A DNA stretch of 64,000 nt from Pirellula sp. (GCA_013822735.1 PNKZ01000006.1:117809-181808), one strand, 5' to 3'; counted from the first letter of the stretch, positions 12,816-24,265 are shown. Numbers and translations are program-made. The notes: generated by a model from the sequence alone, not told the origin.

Positions 12816-13700
12816 ATGAAACTTTTATTCGGCTGCGGATATCTCGGCTGGCGCGTCGCTCGACTCTGGCGCGATGCCGGCGACGAAGTGGTCGTCGTCA
12901 CGCGCGACGAAGCCAAAGCCGAGCAACTACGCAGCGACGGATTTCGAGCACTGACGGCCGACGTTTGCGAGCCCGCCACGTTGCGTGATCTCCCGCCTGC
13001 GGAAACGGTGCTCTATGCCGTCGGTTTCGATCGGCGTTCCGCGACCACTCGCTCGATCGGGGAAGTGTACGCCGGCGGCGTAGGGAACGTCCTCGACGCC
13101 CTATCGGCCGCGGCGTCGGCACAGCCCGGCAGTCCGACGCCGCTCTTCATTTACATTAGTTCGACCGGCGTATACGGCGACGCCGTGGGCGATTGGGTCG
13201 ACGAGGACTCTCCTTGCAGGCCGTTGCGCGAGGGAGGCAAAGCCTGCTTGGCCGCGGAAGAGGTGCTCGCGGCGCATCCGCTCGGCGCCGACTCGGTCGT
13301 GCTGCGACTCGCGGGCATCTACGGACCGGGACGCATCCCGCGGGCCGACGCCTTGCGACGAGGCGAACCCATCGACGCTCCGGCCGACGGGTATTTGAAT
13401 CTCATTCACGTCGACGACGCCGCGCACACGGTGCTCGCCGTCGAACGGGGCGTCGCGCCGCCGCGCACCTACTGCGTCGCAGACGGTCGCCCCCCCTTCC
13501 GTCGCGAATACTACGCCGAACTTGCGCGCTTGCTCGGCGCGCCGGCTCCTACGTTCGTCGAACCTACCGCCGATTCGCCGGCCGCGGCGCGTGCAGCCGC
13601 CGACAAACGGATCAGCAATGCCCGGCTGCTGCGCGAAATCGGCGTCGACTTTCAGTACCCGAGCTACCGCGAAGGCTTGGCGGCGATCGTTCGTGCGTAG
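12816..13700 (+). CDS. NAD-dependent epimerase/dehydratase (SDR family)
   Basis: N-terminal Rossmann motif GCGYLG. Confidence 0.65.
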   Translation: MKLLFGCGYLGWRVARLWRDAGDEVVVVTRDEAKAEQLRSDGFRALTADVCEPATLRDLPPAETVLYAVGFDRRSATTRSIGEVYAGGVGNVLDALSAAASAQPGSPTPLFIYISSTGVYGDAVGDWVDEDSPCRPLREGGKACLAAEEVLAAHPLGADSVVLRLAGIYGPGRIPRADALRRGEPIDAPADGYLNLIHVDDAAHTVLAVERGVAPPRTYCVADGRPPFRREYYAELARLLGAPAPTFVEPTADSPAAARAAADKRISNARLLREIGVDFQYPSYREGLAAIVRA

Positions 13701-14080
13701 CTGCGAACGTCGTATAAGTACCAGGCAAACGGCGCCCACCAGATGAAGTCGTTCGTCAGACAGAGGACGAGCGTCGCCGGCGGCCATTGGCCGGTCCACA
13801 ATAATTTCGCGAGCCCGATCGGGCCGAGCACTTTGCCCAACAACCCCACCGCCGCGAGCAAGGCGCCGTGCTCCGGTCGACGCGCCACTTCGAAGTAAAT
13901 GATTCCGTATAGCCCCACGACCATTCCCAAGCATGCGAAGATCTCCGGGTAATTTGCCGGCGGCATTTCGGCAAACCGAAATAGCCACTGCGGATCGAGT
14001 GCGGAATAGGCGCCCCAAATCAAGTTGTAGATGCCCGCCAGAACAAAGGTCGCTTGGTGCAGTCGTCGTCGCGGCATCAT
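13664..14080 (-). CDS. Small hydrophobic membrane protein, unknown function
   Basis: Three or four predicted TM segments. Start taken at MMPRRR. Convergent 3' overlap with the SDR gene. Confidence 0.4.
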   Translation of the reverse strand: MMPRRRLHQATFVLAGIYNLIWGAYSALDPQWLFRFAEMPPANYPEIFACLGMVVGLYGIIYFEVARRPEHGALLAAVGLLGKVLGPIGLAKLLWTGQWPPATLVLCLTNDFIWWAPFAWYLYDVRSYARTIAAKPSR

Positions 14081-14121
14081 CGCAGCATTCGTCCGACTCG
14101 ATGCAGGCCGATTCTTTGCAA

Positions 14122-14922
14122 TCACGGTTTCACCTGCTCTTGAAAGAACTTCACAATGACCTTCTCGGCTCCGGGCGGAAAGCCGTGGGCTCCCGGGTGA
14201 ATGTAGGTAACGACCGGCGCGCCGATCTTCGACGGATAGCGCGTGCAAAACTCACCCCAGGGCTCTCCCTCGCCGCATTGATTCAGTTCACGCAGTTTGG
14301 CGATCATCGCTTCTTGCCAGACGTACTTTACCAGGGGATCATTTTCGCCTGCCAAGTGCAGCGCCGGCTTCGGCTTGAACTTGTCCGCGATTTCTCGCGA
14401 CGCGGCGGCGGCCGTCGGAGCCATGGCGGCGAACACGTCGCCGCGCTCGGCCCAAAGCAAATAAGTGTATCCGCCGCCGTTGGAATGACCGGTCGAATAA
14501 ATTCGTTTGTCGTCGACCTTATAGTCCTTCTTCAAGTCGGCCAGCATCGCATCGAAGAACTTCAGATCGCGATCGTCCATGTGGCCGGCGCTGTGTTGCC
14601 AGCCCGACCTCTTTCCTTCCGGATCGGTCAGGCGTCCCGGCGTCTTCAAGCCTTGCGGGTAAACGACGATCGCGTCCGGCCAGAGTTGCTGCAATTGATA
14701 ACGTCGGAGCATTGCGTTCATCGTGCCGCCGTGTCCATGAAACACAAACACCAGTGGTGCCGGCTTCTCCTTCGCGCCATCGGGTCCGCACACGAGCGCC
14801 TCGCGCACAGTGCCGTCGACGGTCCACTCTCGCCGCACCGGTTCGGCTGCAAGCGCCGAACCGACGCCCACTGCGATCGCTAGCAAGAAACCGACAAACG
14901 TCACCATTCCGAGCCGATTCAT
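14122..14922 (-). CDS. Secreted esterase, PHB-depolymerase/LpqC family (COG3509-like)
   Basis: Signal peptide, FVFHGHGG, and STGHSNGGGY. Confidence 0.7.
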   Translation of the reverse strand: MNRLGMVTFVGFLLAIAVGVGSALAAEPVRREWTVDGTVREALVCGPDGAKEKPAPLVFVFHGHGGTMNAMLRRYQLQQLWPDAIVVYPQGLKTPGRLTDPEGKRSGWQHSAGHMDDRDLKFFDAMLADLKKDYKVDDKRIYSTGHSNGGGYTYLLWAERGDVFAAMAPTAAAASREIADKFKPKPALHLAGENDPLVKYVWQEAMIAKLRELNQCGEGEPWGEFCTRYPSKIGAPVVTYIHPGAHGFPPGAEKVIVKFFQEQVKP

Positions 14923-15120
14923 AAACAACTCCTGGCGTATCCAAACCGTGTCGCCTTACTCTACCGCATGATCTAACCCCGCAGCTACGCGTTTGGGCCT
15001 GATGCGAACCTGTCGGCGCGAGCAGGTGTCGAAAGCTCGAGCCTCGCCGCCGCTTTTCAAACCGCGGAGCGTAGGCGATAATCGTTGTTTCGCAAAATTC
15101 CAAGCCGCCGCCATGGGGAG

Positions 15121-16827
<1,707 letters not shown>

Positions 16828-16833
16828 TTGAGG

Positions 16834-16982
16834 CGAGCCGGGAGCGTAAGCGACCGGAGTCTTTCGCATCGCGATCTCTTAGACCGCTTTTTCGCTCTCG
16901 ACACGACCACCTGTTATATTGAATCTGTTGTTTTTTCCGAGCTGCACGCTACCGACTCCGGTCGCTTACGCTCCCGGCTCGC
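16834..16982. repeat. 29-bp perfect inverted repeat (gcgagccgggagcgtaagcgaccggagtc) flanking a 91-bp AT-richer spacer; MITE-like or long structured-RNA element between ilvD and the next gene
   Basis: Read directly. The two arms are exact reverse complements. Confidence 0.75.
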
Positions 16983-17010
16983 TTCAGTCTCTAGTCTCCG
17001 GTCTATCCCC

Positions 17011-18972
17011 ATGAAACGTCGCGATTTCCTCGCCGGTCTCGGCTTCGGCGGCTATAGCCTTTATGTGTTGGCCGACGGTTCCGTCGTCTCCGGCGACGAC
17101 AAGCCGGGCGCCTTGGCAAGCGTCGATCGTCGCGAATTTACTTCGATCGCGCCGACCGGCGGCGATCGCAAGGCGGCTCCGCACGAGCCGAACATGACGC
17201 AGGTCGAAATCGAGTGCGACGTCTTCATCGCCGGCGGCGGTATGTCGGGCGTGCTGTCGGCCGTGGCCGCGGCTCGGCATGGTGCGAAGGTCGTCCTCGT
17301 GCAAGATCGCTCGCGACTCGGCGGCAACGCCTCGAGCGAAGTGAAGATGCATATCGTCGGCGCGAACCATCACAAGAGCCGACCAGGCTGGCGCGAAGGA
17401 GGGTTGCTTGAAGAGTTCCGCCTCGACGACGCGGCGAACAACCCGCAACGCTGTTGGGAACTGTGGGACTTGCTGCTCTACGACAAGTGCGTGAGCGAAC
17501 CGAACATTACGCTCCTAGTCGACACCGTCTGCTTCGGCGTCGAAAAGTCCGGTAACAAAATCACCGCAGCCTACGCGCGCTGCGATAAGACCGAACATCT
17601 CTACAAGATCAAGGCCCGCACCTACGTCGACTCGACCGGCGACGGACGACTCGGCCTGGAAGCCGGCGCCGACATGCGCTACGGCCGCGAATCGCGCAGC
17701 GAACATGGCGAACCGCTCGCACCGGTGACGCCCGACAAGCTCACGATGGGCTCGAGCATCCTGTTCACGTCGCGCAAGTACGATCAGCCGATGCCCTTCA
17801 CGCCGCCGAAATGGGCCCGCAAGGTTACGAAGCAACAACTTGCCAAGCGCGGCATCAAGACCTGGGAATACGGCTATTGGTGGATCGAGTGGGGTGGGGA
17901 GTTCAACACGATTCACGACAACGAGCGTATCCGATTCGAACTACTCGGCATCGTGATGGGCGTGTGGGACTACATCAAGAACTCCGGCAACCATCCCGAG
18001 GCCGCGAATTGGGCCATGGATTGGGTCGGCATGATTCCCGGCAAGCGCGAGAGCCGGCGGTTCCTCGGCGACCATATCCTCACGCAGCAAGACCTGATGG
18101 GCCTCAACGGCGACTTCGAAGACGCCGTGGCGATCGGCGGCTGGCCGATGGACGATCATCCGCCGGGAGGCTTCGACGCCGTCGATCTGCCGCCGTGCGT
18201 GCAAGTGAAGACGCCGGTCTTCAACATTCCGTACCGCTCGCTCTACAGTCGCAACATCGAAAACCTGATGCTCGGCGGACGCTTAATCAGCGCCACGCAC
18301 GCGGCCTTCACGAGCACGCGCGTCATGGCGACGTGCGCCGTCGTCGGCCAAGCAGTCGGCACGGCCGCCGCGCTTTGTGCCAAGCACGAATGCTTGCCGC
18401 GCGAGCTCTATACCGACAAGGCGAAGCTCGCCGAACTCCAAACGAAGCTTCTCCGCGACGATCAATCGATCGTCGGCCGGAAGAACGAAGACGCCGCCGA
18501 CTTGGCTCGCACTGCGAAGGCCACGGCTTCGGGCGAGACGGAAGACGGCAAGGCTTCGAACGTGCTCAACGGTTTCACGCGCGACATTCCCGGCGAGTAC
18601 GTCAATCGCTGGAGCACGGAAATGACCGGCGACGGCGCCTGGCTCGAGCTCGCCTGGAACGCCCCGCAAAAGATCGCCGAAGTGCAACTCGTGTTCGACT
18701 CCGGCTTCCAACGCGAACTCACGCTTACCTCGAGCGACGGCTCTAACAAGTCGATCATTCGGGCTCCGCAGCCGGAAACCGTGCGCGACTACGAACTCGT
18801 CGCGGTCGACGCGGCCGGCAGGGAAACGAGCCTCGCCAAGGTGTCGGGCAACCATCAACGCTTGGTCCGACACAAGTTCCCTGCGACGGAAGTTGCCAAG
18901 CTGAAGCTCAAGATCACGGCGACGAACGGCGACAAACTCGCCCGCGTTTTCGAAGTGCGCTGCTACGCATAG
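17011..18972 (+). CDS. TAT-signal FAD-dependent oxidoreductase (PF12831-like) with a C-terminal F5/8-type-C/discoidin-like domain
   Basis: MKRRDFLAGLG twin-arginine motif, and FAD fingerprint DVFIAGGGMSGV...LGGN. Confidence 0.75.
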   Translation: MKRRDFLAGLGFGGYSLYVLADGSVVSGDDKPGALASVDRREFTSIAPTGGDRKAAPHEPNMTQVEIECDVFIAGGGMSGVLSAVAAARHGAKVVLVQDRSRLGGNASSEVKMHIVGANHHKSRPGWREGGLLEEFRLDDAANNPQRCWELWDLLLYDKCVSEPNITLLVDTVCFGVEKSGNKITAAYARCDKTEHLYKIKARTYVDSTGDGRLGLEAGADMRYGRESRSEHGEPLAPVTPDKLTMGSSILFTSRKYDQPMPFTPPKWARKVTKQQLAKRGIKTWEYGYWWIEWGGEFNTIHDNERIRFELLGIVMGVWDYIKNSGNHPEAANWAMDWVGMIPGKRESRRFLGDHILTQQDLMGLNGDFEDAVAIGGWPMDDHPPGGFDAVDLPPCVQVKTPVFNIPYRSLYSRNIENLMLGGRLISATHAAFTSTRVMATCAVVGQAVGTAAALCAKHECLPRELYTDKAKLAELQTKLLRDDQSIVGRKNEDAADLARTAKATASGETEDGKASNVLNGFTRDIPGEYVNRWSTEMTGDGAWLELAWNAPQKIAEVQLVFDSGFQRELTLTSSDGSNKSIIRAPQPETVRDYELVAVDAAGRETSLAKVSGNHQRLVRHKFPATEVAKLKLKITATNGDKLARVFEVRCYA

Positions 18973-18999
18973 TCGACGTTGATCAAAGTGAGCAAATAA

Positions 19000-20367
19000 C
19001 TACACGCGCGGAACTGCGAGCGACGTTCCTTCGTCGATTGCCCGGTTCGCCGTGAGCACGGTCGCCGTGTCGCGCAGCCCTTCGCGAGCATCACAGATGG
19101 TCGCCGGATCACCGCGGCGTACGTGATCGAGGAACGACACCAACTCGTCGCGCGTATCGTCGCCGAGCAGATTGTCGATCTCCAGCGGCTCGCCCCGATG
19201 GGCCCACGGCGAGTTGGAAAGCTTGAGGGTCTTGCCCGACGTGACGACCGAGGCATCCGCGCCGCCGCCGTCGGCCGTCTTCTTCGCCGACCAGCCCACG
19301 TCGTCGGCGAGCTTCTCGCGATAGAACAAGCCTTTGCCGCTCGTCAGATAGAGCGTCCCCTTGGTGCCCATGATGAGCTCGGCCGCCCCTTCGTAGGCGT
19401 TGTTGCAGAGCGACGAGTAAGTGACCCGCACCGTGTACGGCTTCAGCGATGATTCGGGTGTACCGTTGGTCGACGCGGCCGCGGCGTTGGGGTCGGGCCT
19501 AGGGCCGGCCAGCGGCGGCAATTCGTATTCGTAGATGCAAAACACGTTGTCGCACACTTCGCGGCCGTCGCGCCAATAATCGACGCCGCCGGTCGCCGTC
19601 ACCTTGCGCGGAATATCGCCGAACATCCAGTTCACGACGTCGAGCTGATGACTACCAAGTTCCGTCATCAGCCCGCCGGAATAATCGCGGTAGAGCCGCC
19701 AATTGAGCTTCCGCTCCAGCCGACTCCAATCGGCCGCACCCTTTGCGACCGGCACCGGCCGACGCCAGTTGTTGTTGCGATGCCATTGGGCTTTCACGGC
19801 CGTGATCTGCCCGAGCACGCCGGCTTGCACCATAGCCGCGGCCTGTTGATAGATGGGGTTGGCCCGACGTTGCAAGCCGACCTGAAACACGCGCTTCGCG
19901 GCGGCCACTTGGTCCGCGAGCTTTTGGGCTTCGTCGACCGTGTAGCACATCGTCTTCTCGCAGAACACATCAACGCCCGCGGCGATCGCGTCGCCCGCCA
20001 CCCGATAGTGCAAGTAGAGCGGCACCGCCACGACCACGGCCGCCGGCTTCACTTCTTCGAGCAACCTGCGATAGTCGGAGTAGAGCTTCGCCTGCGGCCC
20101 GGCAAACTTCGCGGCCTTCTCCAAATGCGGCGGGTAGTTGTCGGCGATCGCCACAAGGTCGCAACCCTCGATCGTGGTGAGGCTGCGGATCAAATCGCTC
20201 CCACGACCTCCGGTGCCGATCACGGCGGTGCGCACCGGTTCCTGCCCGTCGGCGCCCATGGCCGACTGCAAAGAGAACGTTGCCCAAGCACCGGCGGCGG
20301 CCGTGGAGAGCCCCAAAAGTTCGCGCCGCGTCGGCTTCGGGGCCGGCGTCGTCGGAGGCGTAGTCAT
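19000..20367 (-). CDS. TAT-signal Gfo/Idh/MocA family oxidoreductase
   Basis: TRRELLGLSTAAAGAWA, and a Rossmann motif VIGTGGRG. Start taken at MTTPPTT. Confidence 0.8.
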   Translation of the reverse strand: MTTPPTTPAPKPTRRELLGLSTAAAGAWATFSLQSAMGADGQEPVRTAVIGTGGRGSDLIRSLTTIEGCDLVAIADNYPPHLEKAAKFAGPQAKLYSDYRRLLEEVKPAAVVVAVPLYLHYRVAGDAIAAGVDVFCEKTMCYTVDEAQKLADQVAAAKRVFQVGLQRRANPIYQQAAAMVQAGVLGQITAVKAQWHRNNNWRRPVPVAKGAADWSRLERKLNWRLYRDYSGGLMTELGSHQLDVVNWMFGDIPRKVTATGGVDYWRDGREVCDNVFCIYEYELPPLAGPRPDPNAAAASTNGTPESSLKPYTVRVTYSSLCNNAYEGAAELIMGTKGTLYLTSGKGLFYREKLADDVGWSAKKTADGGGADASVVTSGKTLKLSNSPWAHRGEPLEIDNLLGDDTRDELVSFLDHVRRGDPATICDAREGLRDTATVLTANRAIDEGTSLAVPRV

Positions 20368-21290
20368 ACGAGAACTCCAGATCGGCGAAGGAGCAGGGGC
20401 GTAACACACGGTGCCGCCGACGCATCATCGCCTGCGTCGAGGCGGACGATCGCGACGACGTCCCGCAGCAGTTGGTTCGATTCCTCTTTAGTATAGGCTT
20501 CGGCCCGAACCGTGCCCATCGCGCAGAGCGCGGTCGACAGCACCTCCGCCGCAATGCCGTTCGTGGCTACCACCGCATAAGCCGAGGCCTGCGTCACCGG
20601 CCGGCCGGTCGCGGGGTCGAGCAGATCCGACTCCGCACCCGACGACGTTGCGGCATCGTGCGAAGCCGAACAAGAGAGGGCGAGATCGCCGAGCCGCAAT
20701 TGCCCGAGCTCCAGAGGCCAAGTGCCGCGCAACTCCGGCCGAGCCGTGAACGGATTGCGCAGCCCGACGGGCCAGGGGTTGCCGAACTCGTCGGCGCCCA
20801 ACGCCAACACGCTGCTCGTGCCGGCGTCGAGTAACGCCTGAGAAACTCCGAAACGCCGCAACTCAGCCGCGGCGCAATCGAGTGCGTAGCCTTTGCCGAC
20901 GGCGCCGAAATCGAGCCGCACGCCCGACCTTGTGAAACGTACTAGACGGTGTTCGGCTTCGATCTCCCATAGTTCGTCGGCGCCGACGATTGCGCGCCGC
21001 GATTGCACCGCCGCGTCGAAGAACCCGGCCGTCGCCTTCTCCGCTCCTTTGATGGTCGCGAGGAACTGTGCGAACTCGAAGTCGACAAGCACCGGCCGGG
21101 TCGCCGCTTCTCGATTCACGCGCGCCGTTTCGCTGCGCACGTCGCGCCAAGACAATAGCCGCTCGACGCGTTCGATCTCATCGAGCGCCGTTTCCGCGCA
21201 GTCCGCGAGATGCTCCGCGTCGTCGCCGATCAATCGCAATTGAAAGAGCGACCCCATCGCAGGACGAGCACGCTCGACGACGACCGGCAT
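20364..21290 (-). CDS. apbE: FAD:protein FMN transferase ApbE (308 aa, no signal peptide); the upstream 400 aa of ORF 20364..22496 is antisense to the hydrolase gene and is rejected
   Basis: FGAVGKGYALD, LLDAGTSSVLALG, and the DPATGRP motif. Its stop overlaps the downstream Gfo/Idh/MocA start codon. Confidence 0.8.
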   Translation of the reverse strand: MPVVVERARPAMGSLFQLRLIGDDAEHLADCAETALDEIERVERLLSWRDVRSETARVNREAATRPVLVDFEFAQFLATIKGAEKATAGFFDAAVQSRRAIVGADELWEIEAEHRLVRFTRSGVRLDFGAVGKGYALDCAAAELRRFGVSQALLDAGTSSVLALGADEFGNPWPVGLRNPFTARPELRGTWPLELGQLRLGDLALSCSASHDAATSSGAESDLLDPATGRPVTQASAYAVVATNGIAAEVLSTALCAMGTVRAEAYTKEESNQLLRDVVAIVRLDAGDDASAAPCVTPLLLRRSGVLV

Positions 21291-21295
21291 TGACT

Positions 21296-21496
21296 CACCA
21301 CGGAGGCACGGAGAGGACGGAGAGGATTGAGACGGCCTGCAGTTAATATAATTGACACTCTCGCCGGCAAAGAGAATAGTGACGTACCTGCTCGACCTCC
21401 CGCCTGAATTCTTCTTTGGTATAGCGCCATGAATCGCCGTTTCAACATAGTCATTCTCCTCCTTGCTCCGTGCCTCTGTGCCTCCGTGGTGAATTC
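21296..21496. repeat. CACGGAG-heptamer inverted-repeat element (family A, copy 1): arms caccacggaggcacggagaggacggagagga and ctccgtgcctctgtgcctccgtggtgaat
   Basis: Read directly. The second arm lies inside the first 70 nt of ORF 21429..23477. Copy 2 is at 28658-28787. Confidence 0.6.
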
Positions 21497-23477
21497 TCCG
21501 GCTCGGGCGGCGGAGCAGCCCGCGAAGATCGATACGCGACGTGGCGATGCCATGATCGGCGATTATTTCGCCGCCGAAACGGCGAAGCTCGAAGGGGCCG
21601 TGATCAAGGACATCAGGACCAAAGAGGATTGGCTCGGCCGCAAAGACGAACTCCGCCGCCAACTCTACGAAATGCTCGGTCTCGATCCGCTGCCGGAACG
21701 CACGCCGCTGAATCCAGTCGTCACCGGCACGCTCGATCATCCGGAATTCACGGTCGAGAAGCTCCACTTCCAGTCGCGCCCTAAGCTCTACGTCACGGCC
21801 AACCTTTACATTCCCAAAGGGCTGAAGAAGCCTGCTCCGGCCGTGCTCTATGTTTGCGGCCACGGCAACGAGCGGACCAAAGACAACGTGAGCCTGGGTA
21901 GCAAGACGAAGTATCAGCACCACGGGGCATGGCTGGCCCGACAAGGTTACGTCTGCCTGATCCTCGACACGCTCCAACTCGCCGAAATCGAAGGCCTGCA
22001 TCACGGCACCTATCATAAAGACATGTTCTGGTGGTATAGCCGGGGCTACACGCCCGCCGGCGTCGAAGCGTGGAACGGCATTCGAGCCCTCGACTATCTG
22101 CAATCGCGCAAGGAAGTCGATCCGGAGCGGCTCGGCGTCACCGGGCGCAGCGGCGGCGGAGCCAGTTCCTGGTGGATCGCCGCGCTCGACGAGCGCGTGA
22201 AAGCGGCCGTGCCGGTCGCCGGCATCACCGATCTGCGTAACCACGTCGTTGACGGCGTGATCGAAGGACATTGCGACTGCATGTTCCAGATCAACACCTA
22301 CGGCTGGGACTACGGCACCCTCGCCGCGCTCATCGCCCCGCGTCCGCTCTTGCTTTCCAACACTGACGACGACCGCATCTTCCCGCTCGACGGCGTCGAG
22401 CGCGTGCATTGGCAAACGCGGAAGATTTACGGCCTGCTCGGCGCAGCGAAAGACCTCGGCCTGCAAATCTCTTGGGGCGGGCACCTCGATACGCAAGAGC
22501 TACAAGTCGCCGCCTTGCGCTGGCTCAATCTGCATCTGAAGAAGGCAGACCCGAAGATCGAGATCGCGGCGGTGAAGATGTTTGAGCCGGCGCAATTAAA
22601 AGTGTTCGACAAGCTGCCCGAGGACGAACTCAACACGACGGCCCACGAATGGTTCGTGCCCATGGCCGCGAAGCCCAAAGTGCCTGCGGATGCAAGCGAG
22701 TGGGCGACCATGCGGGACGCGTGGCGCACGAACTTGGATGAAAAGGTGTTTCGCGGATGGCGCGCCGAAGCAGTACCGCTCGAAGAGGAAGAACGACGTT
22801 CTCGAAGCGGTCGGAAACTCGCAATCAACCTGACATTCGAAAGCGACTCCCCATTCGAGTTAACGGTACTAGCCGACGTGCCGCGTGAGGGAAAACCTGC
22901 GAAATCGCTTCGATTGCTCGTTGCTGCGGACGACGGCTACTCATGGACGTTGTCTTCTGACCCTAGCGCTACGTCGCCGGCGAACGCCGGCTTCACGCCC
23001 CGCGGATTGGGCCACGTGCTCTGGGATCAAACGCCAAAAAGACAGACGCAGCACCAGCGCCGCTTCATGCTCCTCGGCCAAACGCTTGCCGGTCAACAGG
23101 TATACGACATCCGTCGCGCAATTCAGGCCTTGCACACGTTGCCGGAATTGAAGGACGCCAAGGTAACGCTGGTCGCCGAAGGCCCGATGGCGGCATTAGC
23201 CGTGTATGCCGCGCTTTATGAGCCGAGCGTAGATCGCTTGGAGCTCACCAATGTGCCGCGCTCCCACATGCCGAAGGATTCGGCATCGAAAGACTTCGCC
23301 CCGGCGCTTTTGAATGTGCTCAAGTACCTTGATCTGCCGCAGGCCGTGGCGATGGCGGCGGTGCGGGCGACGGTCGTCATATACGACGACGAACCGGCCA
23401 AGTGGCAATACCCGGTCGACGTCGCGAAAGCGCTCGGGTGGAAAGACCGTGTCGTTCTAGAAAAGCGCGCGAAGTAA
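21429..23477 (+). CDS. Alpha/beta hydrolase (acetyl-xylan-esterase/dienelactone-hydrolase-like); start uncertain (21429 with Sec-type signal peptide, or 21552)
   Basis: GVTGRSGGGASSWW nucleophile motif, and ~680 aa length. Confidence 0.7.
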   Translation: MNRRFNIVILLLAPCLCASVVNSPARAAEQPAKIDTRRGDAMIGDYFAAETAKLEGAVIKDIRTKEDWLGRKDELRRQLYEMLGLDPLPERTPLNPVVTGTLDHPEFTVEKLHFQSRPKLYVTANLYIPKGLKKPAPAVLYVCGHGNERTKDNVSLGSKTKYQHHGAWLARQGYVCLILDTLQLAEIEGLHHGTYHKDMFWWYSRGYTPAGVEAWNGIRALDYLQSRKEVDPERLGVTGRSGGGASSWWIAALDERVKAAVPVAGITDLRNHVVDGVIEGHCDCMFQINTYGWDYGTLAALIAPRPLLLSNTDDDRIFPLDGVERVHWQTRKIYGLLGAAKDLGLQISWGGHLDTQELQVAALRWLNLHLKKADPKIEIAAVKMFEPAQLKVFDKLPEDELNTTAHEWFVPMAAKPKVPADASEWATMRDAWRTNLDEKVFRGWRAEAVPLEEEERRSRSGRKLAINLTFESDSPFELTVLADVPREGKPAKSLRLLVAADDGYSWTLSSDPSATSPANAGFTPRGLGHVLWDQTPKRQTQHQRRFMLLGQTLAGQQVYDIRRAIQALHTLPELKDAKVTLVAEGPMAALAVYAALYEPSVDRLELTNVPRSHMPKDSASKDFAPALLNVLKYLDLPQAVAMAAVRATVVIYDDEPAKWQYPVDVAKALGWKDRVVLEKRAK

Positions 23478-23513
23478 ATCTCCGGTCGCTGACGCGCCCG
23501 GCTCGCATCGCCT

Positions 23514-24014
23514 CTAGATCAAGTCATGCGGCCTTGCCGCACGGCGGTTGCGGCTGCAGTCGCTGCAGACGCCGGAGATGATCAATCGATGGCCCGTTAC
23601 GCGGAACTGGTGTTCCCGGCCGACATCGTCGCGAATGCGCTTTACTTCGTCGCTGGAAAATTCGATCAGCCTGTCGCACTTGGTGCAGTGCATGTGATCG
23701 TGCTGAGGGTAGCCGTAATCGTGTTCATACACACTCCGGCCGCCGAGCGTCATCTTGCGTAGCAAGCCGGCTTCCACGAGTTCGGTCAGCGTCCGATACA
23801 CGGTCGGCCGGCTCACCTTTTTCGGGCCGATCAACTCTCGCAACTGAGCCAGCAGGTCATCGGCGTCGAAATGCTCGTGACGAGCAAACACCTGCTCGAC
23901 AAGAATCCGCCGCTGCTGCGTGACGCGCTTTCCCTTGCTCTGGAGATACTCCTCGAGGCGCTGCACGGGCGTCAGGGCGACTTCGACGGATCCCAGAGAA
24001 TAATCGTGGCTCAT
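23514..24014 (-). CDS. fur: Fur-family metalloregulator (Fur/Zur/PerR)
   Basis: The HEHFDADD region, HHDHMHCTKC, and C-terminal CSDC. Start at MSHDYS. Confidence 0.85.
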   Translation of the reverse strand: MSHDYSLGSVEVALTPVQRLEEYLQSKGKRVTQQRRILVEQVFARHEHFDADDLLAQLRELIGPKKVSRPTVYRTLTELVEAGLLRKMTLGGRSVYEHDYGYPQHDHMHCTKCDRLIEFSSDEVKRIRDDVGREHQFRVTGHRLIISGVCSDCSRNRRAARPHDLI

Positions 24015-24087
24015 ACCGGCGGCAGGGTTAGCGGAGTCGTGCGGGCCAAAGGGGATCCGCAGCGACGAAGGCAAGACGACAAACGCG

Positions 24088-24130
24088 ATGTGACGAAAAA
24101 AGGGAAGGCAGCACGAAGCCGCCCTCCCTT
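24088..24130 (-). terminator. Candidate rho-independent terminator downstream of flgM (minus-strand reading gggagggcggcttcgtgctgccttccc followed by ttttttcg)
   Basis: Imperfect GC-rich stem followed by a T-run on the minus strand. Confidence 0.4.
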
Positions 24131-24265
24131 GATTCTACACCAAGCCCGACTTTTCGCGACCCGCCCGCATTTCGCCCGGGAAACAGCCATTACGCCGTCG
24201 CGAGCAAAAACGCCGCCCAAAGACACCCGGTGACAAGCACCGGGGCTAAATGGCAGGCTGCCGGA

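Noticed and set aside
21291-22496. N-terminal 400 aa of the 710-aa minus-strand ORF 20364..22496
   Set aside because: ApbE homology begins only at the internal Met (21290). The upstream part is antisense to the esterase gene 21429..23477, which has a signal peptide and catalytic motifs.
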